Positions 12,994 through 25,000 of a stretch of 64,000 bases of DNA are shown in pieces. Source of the stretch: Coniocarpon cinnabarinum. Taxonomy: Eukaryota. The stretch spans positions 124,001 through 188,000 of the forward strand of contig JAVECO010000008.1 in assembly GCA_051942205.1 (NCBI GenBank), given 5' to 3'. The position numbers were made by a program, and so were the translations under genes. Position 1 is the first letter of the stretch, and each line of letters begins with the position of its first letter. Below the pieces are notes generated by a model. The model did no database searches, was not told the origin of the DNA, and was given only the letters and a program-made list of their open reading frames with translations.

Positions 12994-15900
12994 ATGTCGT
13001 TGAATTCAGTATGTCAGTTTGAGAGCAACGTCACGCGATCCACCATTGCTGACGATGGGGCAAGTGGAAAGCGTTTCGGTTCTTCGACGTCACTACGGTG
13101 AACATCCAGCAATCCGAGGAGCATTCAACTTTCTCGGTACGAAAGTGCATTCGTCAATTCCAACCCGTAAACTAACATCTCAAAGCCAAACGAGGTCACA
13201 GCCAGATGCGCAGGCTCAGAACAGCTGTTTTTGGCGACGGCTGATGGCGTTGTCCGCATCATATCTCGTTCGTTGACGGTCCAGAGGTCCTTCAAGGCTC
13301 ATGATCATGGATCCATCACATTTTTGAAATATGTTGATGGACGGCAACTGCTTGTGACAGTGGCAGAGGACTTATCTAGCGAACCTACTCTCAAGGTGTG
13401 GGCTCTCGATAAATTCGACAAGAAGACTGGTTTGCCTAGATGCCTGTCGACGCATACAGTACAGAATAACCGACAAACGTTCCCCGTAAGTTACTTAGTC
13501 TCAACCAAAGGCTTGACTCTCCTACGTACACTTTGATGCTGACTAAATAGATCTCGGCTTTTGCTGCCCTAGACGACCTCTCCCAGCTTGCCTTTGGCTT
13601 TGGTAATGGCGCCGTCACTGTCGTCCGAGGAGATCTCGTACACGACCGTGGGGCTAAACAGCGCATCGTCTTCGAGACAAGGGAGCCCATCACAGGTATC
13701 GAGTTTCGCGCTGGCAACACGACGGCGCTCTACATCGCCACGACATCTCGTCTTCTCACCCTTCTGATATCTGGGCGTGGTGCTGGTCAGCCTGCCAGAA
13801 CCCTCGACGACCTGGGATGTGCAGTTGGATGCATGACACTTGACAAGACCACACAGGATATTGTCGTTGCTCGAGACGACGCAATGTACTACTATGGCTT
13901 GCATGGACGATCATCAGCGTACCCGTGCGACGGACAGAAGGCGGCTCTTCACGCCTTTAAGGATTACATCGTCTTTGCCTGCCCAGCTTCTTCTACATCA
14001 CTTTCGCGTTCTTCTGCATTCGGACCGCCCGTGCCGCTCACGAATCAGACCGCTTCGAACACGCAACTGACTATCCTCAACACTGACTTTACCCTCATAG
14101 CACACTCCGAGACAATGTCTTCCCAATTACAGGCTGCATTCAGTTTTGGTGGCGCCTTCTATGCCATCACGACCGATGGCAGCATGATCCGCTATCACGA
14201 AAAGCCCCTGTCGCAACGTCTAGACATACTGTTTCAACGCAACCTATACGTCCTTGCGATTCAGATTGCTCAACGCGCTGGCATGGATACACAGCAGCAG
14301 AATGCCATCTTTCGGCGCTACGGTGACTACCTCTACTCGAAACGAGACTACGATACTGCTATGCAACAATATCTACGCGCCATCGATGCTTCAGAGCCAT
14401 CTCAGATTATTCGCAAATTTTTGGGAACACAGCGGATCAACAACTTGATCGATTATCTAGAGGAGTTGCATGAGCATGGCAAAGCCAATAGCGACCATAC
14501 GATTCTCCTGCTCAACTGCTATGCCAAGTTGCATGACGTGACCAAACTCGAGAACTTCATCAAGTCTCCCGGTGACTCTCATTTCGACGTCGACACCGCA
14601 ATTAGTATGTGTCGACAGGGCGGTTACTTTGACCAAGCGGCGTATCTGGCTCGAAAGCATCAAGATCACGAGGTCGTCGTCTCGGTGCTTGTCGAGGATT
14701 TGAAGAAATATGCTGAGGCTCTTGCGTACATCTGGCGTCTTGAACCGGGAGCTGCGTACCAGAATCTCATGAAGTATGCGACTGTGCTTCTTGAACATTG
14801 CCCACAAGAAGCGACGCAGCTGTTCATCGATTACTACACCGGTCAGTTCCGTCCAAAGAAAGACGCAGTCATCACAACGACTTCGAGCAAGACAGAGGAG
14901 AATGCTAAAGAAGAGAGAGGTTTCGCAAGCAGTGCTGTCCAAAGTCTGGCTAGTATCTTGCCGCTGCCGTACATGAGCATGCCGGCACGAGACTCCGCGC
15001 AAGAAGAAGGCACAAAGACAGAGACTCGCATCGTCGAAGCCATCGCCAATGAGACTCCCCCAGCATACGACATACCTAAGCCCCGCACCGCCTTCTCAGC
15101 TTTCGTCGATCATCCCAATGAGCTCATTCAATTCCTTGAGTCCTTCCACCTTCCCAACTTGCAGCAGCCCTCCACAGACGGTAGTACGGAAGACAAAATA
15201 AATCAACTCACTGTCAATCCCCAAGACACCTCTGACATCACCACCACCCTCTTCGAAATGTACCTCCGCCAATCGCGCACCCATCCTTCGCAAAAACAGC
15301 ACTACGAAGCTCGTGCGCGCTCGCTGATCCAATCCTCCAACATCCCCACTGATGCATCCTCGACAGGCACCATCGATCCTTCCAACGTCCTACTGCTTTC
15401 CGACCTCTCTCGCTTCCAAACAGGCACGACGCTCATCCGTGAGCAACAACGCCACTACGCTGACATTTTCCGCTCGTATGTGTCTGCCAATGACATCCCC
15501 GGCGCGCTCAAGGCCCTCAAGAAATACGGTCCAGAGGATCCAAGTCTCTACCCCACCGCTCTCGCCTCTTTCACGTCTTCACAAGAAACACTGGATATCG
15601 TCGGGGCCACAGAGATCGACAATATTCTGCGCGTCATCGAGCAGAAGCGCCTACTCAGCCCACTACAAGTGGTGCAGACGCTCTCTGCGAATTCAGTCGC
15701 CACAGTCGGGATGCTGAAACGTTACCTACAAGATACGGTTCGTAAAGAAAGGGAGCAAATCGCCAGAGACAAGAAAGCAACGGAGACGTTTAGAAAGGAC
15801 ACAGACGAGAAGCGAAAGCGACTTGTTGAGCTACGAGAGAAGCCTGTGGCATTCAAAGCGACGAGATGTAACAGCTGCCACTACGCGATTGAAGCACCAG

Positions 15901-16238
15901 TAGTGCATTTCTTCTGTGGACATAGTTTCCATCGGCGTTGTCTCAACATCGCAGATGATGACAATGACGAGACCATCGGAAGAGGCCGCGAGGGCGGGTT
16001 TGATATCGAGGGGGTTGGGGAAAGAGGAGGGAGAGGCGAGAGTGGATTAGATGGGGTGGAATGTCCGGTTTGTGCGCCGGGCAATGCGACGGTGAGGCAG
16101 GTGAAGCGCGCGCAGGAGGAGAGCCGTGGGAAGCATGAGGTGTTTAGAGGTCAGTTGGAGAGGAGCGAGGATCGCTTTGGGGTGGTTGCGGAGTGGATGG
16201 GTCGTGGGGTGATGAATGCGCCCAGAGGAGAGTTGTAA
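12994..16238 (+). CDS. VPS11: Vacuolar protein sorting protein Vps11/Pep5 (HOPS/CORVET core; beta-propeller, clathrin repeat, RING-H2)
   Basis: N-terminus MSLNS|WKAFRFFDV, then TVAEDLSSEPTLKVWALDK, YGDYLYSKRDYDTAMQQY, and RING C..C...HFFCGHSFHRRC...CPVC. Introns 13009-13064, 13137-13185 and 13486-13550 restore the frame. Confidence 0.95.
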
Positions 16239-16365
16239 GTGTATGTGATCGAGACTCTTTATCTGACGATGTCGAGAATATTTCTCTTGTTCTGTGACAG
16301 CGAGGCGGTGCGGCAAAACGAGGCATTCAAGTTGTCTACGTTGTCGTCAAGTTGCAGACATCTCA

Positions 16366-16462
16366 CCAATCACACGTGACCTGGAGCATGCAGGTCACGT
16401 GCTCGCTTGCCGACATCGGTACGCGGGACCCGGCATTGAGCCGAGAGACCCTGGTGCACGTG
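16366..16462. promoter_or_regulatory. CCAAT box plus three CACGTG E-boxes upstream of ADE4
   Basis: CCAAT at 16366-16370; CACGTG at 16373, 16396 and 16457. Two of these are the GTCACGTG/CACGTGAC type. Confidence 0.5.
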
Positions 16463-16793
16463 GAAAATTGGTTTGGCCTGCGATTGAAATTTCTCTGCGC
16501 GTCGCGTCGCGGATTAGAAATTGCAGATCGGGTTTTGGAGCCTCATTCAGGTGTTACCTATCCCATTCAAGATTACAGGTCGTGCGGGTGGTCGTTGCCA
16601 CTGCCTCTGCGACTGTGCGTTGAGCACACGTCAATATGTCTACCGCACTAGCGGCTCCCGACGATTTGTCAGTTGGTACGCTGCCAGAACGGTAATTGAT
16701 TGCCCAACGCCTCTTGTGTTGGCTTTTCGTTTCAGCGATTGGCAGCAGGCCGTTTGATTAAGCCGACGACTTCAAAAATCGTGCCTCGTGAAG

Positions 16794-18617
16794 ATGTGTG
16801 GCATTGCTGCCATCATACATGGCGACTCATCCTCAACATCCGCGGCTGCCGACCTGCACGAAGCATTGTATATGTTGCAGCACCGAGGACAAGATGCTTG
16901 CGGTATTGCGACATGTGCTCAAGGCGGTCGCATATACCAGTGCAAGGGAAACGGCATGGCAGCGAAAGTGTTCCAGGACGGCCAGAGGGTTCCCGAGTTG
17001 ATCGGATCCATGGGCATTGGCCATCTGCGTTACCCAACCGCTGGAACCAGTTCTCAGAGCGAAGCTCAACCATTCTACGTGAACAGTCCGTATGGCATTT
17101 GTTTTGCCCACAACGGCAATGTCACAAACACGCTCCACCTTCGACAATTTCTTGACCAGGTGGCTCATCGACACATCAACACCGAGTCAGATTCTGAGAT
17201 TCTTCTGAACATATTTGCTCATGAGGTAAGGTGCAGTTGCGTTTCTCTTCATCGTTGAGACTTATTGGTGTAGCTAAGCGAGACTCAAAAATCTCGCATC
17301 GACCGCGAGGACTGTTTCAGAGCGCTGCAGAGAATGTTTGGACAAGCGGAGGGTGGCTTCGCGTGTGTAGCGTTTATCGCCGGCTTTGGTCTGATTGCAT
17401 TTCGGGATGCCTATGGCATTAGACCGCTCATTTTGGGAAGTCGAGTGATCGACGGCGAAACCGACTATATGATCGCGTCCGAGTCTGTGGCACTGAAACA
17501 TTTAGGAGCTTTACCTCGAGATATGCGGGACATTCAACCGGGCGAAGCTGTGATTATCCAAAAGGGAAGGGAGCCGGTATTTCGCCAGGTAGCGCCCAGG
17601 GTCGCGTATGCGCCAGACGCCTTTGAAATGGTGTATTTTGCCCGGCCAGACAGCATCATTGATGGCATCTCGGTCTCACGAGCGCGGCGTGACATGGGCA
17701 AGAAGTTGGCGAGAACCATTGCCCGTGAGCTCGGCACAGATGCGCTGAGAGCGATTGATGTCGTCATGGCTATACCAGAGACGAGCGTGACTGCCGCAAA
17801 GGTGGTAGCTCAGGAACTTGGAAAGGAGCTGGTCGATGGCTTTACGAAAAATCGCTATGTCTTTCGTACCTTCATCATGCCGGATCAGCGCCTTCGCAGG
17901 ACTGGTGTTCGGAGAAAGCTGAATGCACATGATTCAGAGTTTGATGGTCGGAATGTCTTGGTAAGTTGCACGTCGCCGTGAGCAGCTATTTCTACATGGG
18001 CATCAGCAGGCTAATGTTTTTGTTAGCTCATAGACGATTCGATTGGTAAGGACGAATGTTGAGAGCCGACATCATCAGGAAGCTGACAATGTTATGCAGT
18101 TCGAGGTAACACCAGCCAGGAAATCGTCCAGATGGCGCGGGACGCCGGTGCCGTCCATGTTACGTTCGCAAGCTGTTCGCCACCGATCAAGCACCCGCAC
18201 ATCTATGGCATTGATCTAGCTCAGAAGCGCGATCTCATTGCCTCTGACAAGTCCTCGAGTCAAATCGCATCTGCCATTGGCGCCGATGCAGTCGTCTACC
18301 AGAGTCTCGATGACCTAAAGCTTTCCATCACACAGAACTCGACTGTCCACCACATAAGCGCATTAGAGGTTGGAGTGTTCAACGGCAAATACATCACGCC
18401 AGTGAGTGATGGATATTTGCAGCACCTAGAACGGCTCAGAGGGGATGTCAAAGGACAGAAGCGGCAGGAGGAAGGTCGCAAGGCCATGGTCAATGGCATG
18501 ATCAAAACAGAGGATGTCAAGTCGATGCTAGCACAAGAGAGATCAGGTGTAAATGGTAAGAAGCCTGAGGAGGGTCAAGATATTGCGCTGCACAACTTGA
18601 ACGATCATGAACCGTAG
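16794..18617 (+). CDS. ADE4: Amidophosphoribosyltransferase (glutamine PRPP amidotransferase)
   Basis: Ntn-hydrolase start [49 protein letters not shown] and PRPP loop VLLIDDSIVRGNTS. Introns 17226-17273, 17961-18026 and 18046-18099. Confidence 0.96.
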
Positions 18618-19047
18618 TCAATACATGTACAGGATCGAGCTCTATGACAAGTCGTCACGAAGCAGATTTACCCTCGAACATGTCCAAGACTTTGACCTAT
18701 ACGAGTTGATTATTCCAGTTGTACGCGTGCTCCCGTGACTATCTGGTATGCAGGGCTGAGTACTTGTACCAAACAGGCAAAGCGCCAGCCAGACAAATCC
18801 ATATCGGGCGCGTCCCAAATGCATCTTCCAAAGTTGCTAGCACATTGGTTTCACCATTCTCCTCACCACAACGTGACTGTTCAGACCAGCAGCGGAGAGC
18901 CCTACACTTCGACCAGCACAGTTCTACAACATACAGTCACGCATTCTCCCTGATTCTGCTCCCGCTGTCGGCTCGCCCATCTCCTATGCTCCGCAATGAG
19001 CACCCTTACAAGCGCTCGCACGTGTGAACCGCTTTGCTTCTCCCAAC

Positions 19048-22000
19048 ATGGACGTTGAGACATCCCCCAAGATCAACGGCTACCACACTCCTCAGACCGC
19101 CCCTGAGAACATCATCAATCACGATGAAATACTGCAGTACCTCACCTCACTCCTCAGACTTACCCTTGGTGCGACGCAACATGATCTCGAATCCGAACGA
19201 AGCCTTTTGTCACACGAGCGAAAAGCGGAGACGGTCGAGCGTTGCAATACATTCTTACAAAGCAATCGCATTGCTCTGTACGCAGCGAAACGAGCGATAG
19301 CAGAGCAGGAAAATGGCGACACTGCGGCAGAGGGTAAGTTCAAACAGGCGACCCAGTCCCCTTCAATGTCTGATGAGCGTGCTCTTGCCGCAGAACCATT
19401 GCAACACTTCTACTACTTCCTTTCTGGAGAATTCCCCGTGCTTGCCGGTACTGTCGCATCCGTCGCGATCCTCAAACGGCCGCAACCCATTAACCTTGCA
19501 CTTCCACTTCAGTCGCAGTTGCAAATTGTCAACCTACCAGGCATTAGCGATACCTCGTCTGAAAGCCAAAACGCCAATCAAACGACGTTGCCTTTCGAAC
19601 ATCTGCATTCCGTAGTCCATTCAGCCCTCTCGCCATATTTCGACGCATTTTCAAGAAGTCGAGAAGAAATCGGATCCAATACGCGAGTACGCGCCGAGCA
19701 TGACCAGCGCACCGGCGTTCCAAGTGCTAAAAAGAAACTTGCCGAGTTTGAGCTCAGCTTATTACAATTACAACAGAACGCGGAAATACCTCAACTATCA
19801 CTTCCATTGCATCCTGCTATCAGAGCTGCTCTCGATTCAGCAGGCGAGCATCATGACGCCCTATCGACCGACCTCATACCCCGAAATCTTCTAAACGACA
19901 GCTCTTTCCTCAATCATTTGCAGAACATGGTGAATGGGTGGACGCGTTCGATACAAGCGGTCACGAGGACAAACCGCAATGTCTCAAGCGGCACAGCCAG
20001 CCAAGAGATCAAGTTCTGGTTGGACTTGGAGGCTGCGCTTGCAGACGTTGAGTCGCAAGTCAGTAGTGAAGGCGTCAAGCTTACCCTGGAAGTTCTCAAC
20101 AACGCGAAGCGGTTTGCTCCAACGAAAAGTTTCAATACAGACACTGGCCTCAAGGAAGCTACCGAACAGGTGCAGAATAATAACAAACTGATGAGAGACT
20201 TTCCAATCGATGAACTCCTTGCTGCGCCGTCGCTTGAGAAAGTTCGTGACGCGGTTGACATTATCTTTTCACATCTCAACAGGAAATTGAGGATATGTCC
20301 GTATCCTGTGAAACGTGCACTTGGCCTGGTGGAGGCAGTTTCCATGGATCTCGATGCACGGATTCATGCCTTAATGAGTGGCCGAGCTCTCATGCGAATG
20401 AGCTATCGCGATTTTGAGAAGACAATGATCATGACAACTACCATCTGGCAGACTTGGGATGACAATGTCAAAGAATTCACCAATGTTGCGAGGGAACTCA
20501 CGCGACGCCGCAATGAGCGATACATCCCTATCAAGTTCAACATGGCACATACGCAAACGAAGGACAGACTGAGATACGTCACAACCTTCAGAACGAGCCA
20601 TGAGCAGCTTCATTTGACAATTCAAAATGTTTTGAGTCCTCAAGGCCTTCATCTTGGAGAAGATGACTCGAAGGCGGGTTTCTTTGAGGAGATGGGTGAT
20701 GTTGACGCCATCAAAGAGGTTTCAGAGGCTTATGCGGCTCTGCGTGACGTTGACGTAATGGACGTATCTGAAGAAGGGACAATGGTTTGGGACCGCGCAG
20801 AGACTGCATACAACGAGAGAACAGCTCGTGTTGAGAATTCGATCATAGCGCGTCTTCGCGATCGATTGGCTACCGCGAAGAATGCAAACGAAATGTTCCG
20901 AGTGTTCTCAAAGTTTAACGCGCTATTTGTTCGACCGAAGATAAGGGGCGCCATTTCAGAGTATCAAACTCAACTAATCAACAACGTCAAAGCGGACATC
21001 TCTGCGTTACATGAACGTTTCAAGCAACAGTATGGTCACTCCCAAGCCCACTCGATGGCTCAGTTGCACGACGTACCTCCGGTGTCTGGCTCTATTATGT
21101 GGGCAAGACAAATTGAACGTCAGCTCGACGGGTACATGAAACGTGTTGAGAATGTCTTGGGATCCCAATGGCACATACACAGTGAAGGGCAGCGGCTCCA
21201 ATCGGAAAGTGCAGATTTTCGCAAGAAATTAGACGTCATGCCTGTCTATCAATCGTGGATGCAAGATGTGACCAAGCGAAACATTACAATATCAGGCCGA
21301 CTGTTCAGCATCAGCCGCACACGCGCCTCAGGCAACGCTCTTGAGCTTTCCGTCAATTTTGACTCGCAAATCATCACATTGTTCAAAGAAACCCGCAATC
21401 TCCTGTGGCTCAAGTTTACCATTCCCCATGCAATCAACAACATTTCCAAGGACGCTCGGAGAGTCTATCCTTACGCTGTCAGCTTGATCGAAAGCGTACG
21501 GACGCTGGCACAGGTCGTTTCATCCATTGATGGCATTCCCAAATCGGCAGTGTTGCTCCATGGCTACAGGGACAGTGTGCACAAGCTAGTTGCGAAGGGA
21601 TTGCCTCTGAAATGGGAGTCGTTTGTGCATGCTTACGATTTGCACATTCGACCAGTGTCACCACTTCAAGGTGTCGATGGAGCCCGCAGCGAAAGTCTTC
21701 ATGTTCAATTTGTCAGAGATTTTTCGCAATCCGTCTCAGTTTTGCAAGCCAAGACTTCGACTTTGCTCGTCATCAACGAGTTAGTCCAAAAATCGATCTC
21801 CAACCTCAAAGACTGTCAATATCGTGCCAATCTCCTTCAGGAAGAGATCAACGCTATTCAAGCAGCAGTCGATCGGCTGAGCTTGGAAGGGTTTTCAAAT
21901 TTAAGTCAATGGGTAGAGAAGACGAACGATCTCATCAGTGACATACTCCTCGAACGTCTTGAACAGGCGTTGCGCACTTGGATGGACACCTTTCAGAATC

Positions 22001-25000
22001 CCGATCATTCTCGAACTGGGCAAGATGCTGCGCACAGAACGGGCGTTTCTGGCGCTGAGTCGCCAGTGTTACCGAAATTTGACATCCTGATTCATGAAGT
22101 ATCTATGCAAAATTCTTTAATCTACCTGGATCCCCCACTCGATTTTGCACGCAGCTCTTGGCTTGTCCAGCTGAACGAGTGGATTGGTGTCATCTGCGAT
22201 CTGCCTCTCTTACAAGCGTCACGTTACGAATTGAATGTGCGCGAGAAGTCCTTCGACCGAAGAACGGCTTCGTTCTCAAGGCTACTATCTCACTGCACAG
22301 GCAAATTATCAAGTGCCTACGTGCTCATTGAGGGACAATTGAGTGTTGTGTCGGAATATGTCAACAAATGGCTTCAGTTCCAGTCGCTATGGGATCTCCA
22401 AAGTGATCAAGTATACGAAGCGCTCGGCGACGACCTGCATCAGTGGCTACAGATTTTGAGCGAAATTCGACAAAGCCGATCAGTATTTGACACATCAGAG
22501 CCAAAACGCCAATTCGGTCATCTGGTAATAGACTACGAGCAAGTCCAAGTCAAAATCAATGCGAAGTATGACCTCTGGCAAAACGATGTCCTGAGCAAGT
22601 TTGCATCTAAATTAGGGGGCCGCATGAATGAAGTTTTCTCAGAACTTGAACGTTGTCGACAAGAGCTAGAGCATTCTTCCTTGGAGACTTCATCAACTGC
22701 GCAAGCCGTGAGCTTTATCACCTCCGTCCAGAATGCGAAACGAAGAGTCCACGCTTGGCAACCTGAGATCGAGAACTTTCGTCAAGGCCAGACGGCACTG
22801 ACACGGCAACGATTTCAGTTACCATCAGACTGGCTTTACATGGAGCGTATCGATGGGGAGTGGCTGGCCTTAAATGAGATCCTCGAGCGCAAATCTCGCG
22901 TGGTGCAAGACCAAACAGACGCCTTGCGAGCCAAGATATCTGCTGAAGATAAGGTTATTGTTCAACGCATAACCGACATTACATCCCAATGGAATGAGGA
23001 AAGACCGATATCAGGTACCATCGTTGCCGAGCAGGCGCTATCTGTTCTTGCCGACTTCAGGTCGCGCGTGAGCAAGCTCAACAATGATTATGAGATGGTC
23101 TCGAAGGCAAAGGAAGCGCTGGATATACCGCCAACCTCTGATCCGGGTCTGAGCAGCCTGCTCGAAGAAGTGCAAGACCTAGAAGCTGTTTGGGGGGGCC
23201 TAGCTACCATTTATTCTGGGCTCAACGATCTTCGAGACATGCCGTGGTCAGGTGTCCAACCGCGCAAGTTACGTCAATCCCTGGAAAATTTGATGAACAT
23301 GAGCAAAGAAATGCCAGCTCGCATGCGTCAGTATGCACCGTTCGAGCATCTACAGAACCGAATCAGACAGCTACAGAAGACTAGTGGTCTCCTAGGCGAG
23401 CTTCGGTCTGATGCCGTTCGCGAAAGACACTGGAACAAGATTTACAAGGCATTGAAGCCAAGTAAACGCTATTCCCAAGTTTCTATGACTCTAGGAGATG
23501 TATGGGATCTGCAGCTCGCGCAGAACGAAGCCTACATCCGGGATGTCCTGGTCCAGGCTCAGGGCGAAATGGCCTTGGAAGAGTTCTTGAAGCAGGTGCG
23601 GGAAACCTGGTCGAACTACTCGCTAGATCTCGTCAACTACCAAAACAAGTGTCGCCTGATTCGAGGTTGGGACGAGCTTTTTACGAAGTGCAGCGAGAAC
23701 TTGAATTCTCTCCAAGCCATGCGTCATTCGCCTTACTACAAAGAGTTTGAAGAGGACGCGTCTGCCTGGGAGGACAAGCTCAATCGCGTCTTCGTGATCT
23801 TTGATGTGTGGATCGATGTTCAGCGACAATGGATTTACCTCGAAGGCGTCTTCACAGGCAACGCCGACATCAAGCATCTTCTTCCCACCGAATCCTCGCG
23901 TTTCCAAAACATCAATTCGGAATTCTTTGCTGTCATGAAGAAAGTGCAGCGGTCACCGTTCGTCATGGAGGTTCTTGCTATATCTGGTGTTCAAAAATCC
24001 CTTGAACGACTTGCTGACTTGCTCCAAAAAATTCAAAAAGCTTTGGGTGAATATCTCGAACGAGAGCGAGTATCGTTCCCCCGCTTCTATTTCGTCGGCG
24101 ACGAAGATCTCTTAGAGATCATTGGAAACGGAAACGACACTGTACGTGTCGGTCGTCACCTGGCTAAGATGTTCGCGGGCATCTCAGGCCTCGTCACCTC
24201 GGAGGACTCTTCGATCATCGCGTTCAGATCCAAGGAAGGAGAGGAAGTTCAGCTTAGAGAAAGAGTTTCGCTTGCTAAGACGCCGAAAGTCAACGAGTGG
24301 CTCGCTGCACTCGAGTCAGGCATGAGGAATACTCTCAGCGAAAACCTTGCCGAAGCTGTTACAGAATTTGAGCGAGTAATGGCAACAGAGACTGGCGCTG
24401 AGTCCATTAATTCGTACTTGTCAAGGTTCCCTGCGCAGGTTGCCGTCCTCGGAGGACAAGTTTGGTGGACTAATGCAGTGGACACTGCACTGCGAAACGG
24501 CGGTCAAAATCTCCGAGAGCTTCACACGCAGCACGTCAGCTTCTTGGAGCAACTTGCCGATCTTGTTATTGGGGACCTGGATGTCCTCAGCCGCAAGAAA
24601 TGTGAGCATTTGATTACTGAATTCGTGTTTCAGCGAGATGCCATTGAAGAACTCATGCACCACAACGTCAACAGTCCAGACCACTACCTGTGGCTCCTGA
24701 GACTTCGATACGTTTTCAACCCAGTTGAAAGTCCTATGCATCCTCTTCAGATCCACATGGCAAACGCGGTGTTGCCTTACGGGTTCGAGTATCTCGGAGT
24801 TCCTGAGCGGCTTGTTCGTACCCCACTCACTGAACGATGTTTTCTTACTATGACACAAGCGCTTTCCCAGAAACTTGGCGGCTCGCCCTACGGACCTGCT
24901 GGCACAGGAAAGACCGAGACCGTCAAAGCACTCGGCCTCCAGCTGGGTCGCTTCACGCTCGTCTTTTGCTGCGACGACACCTTTGATTTTCAGGCCATGG

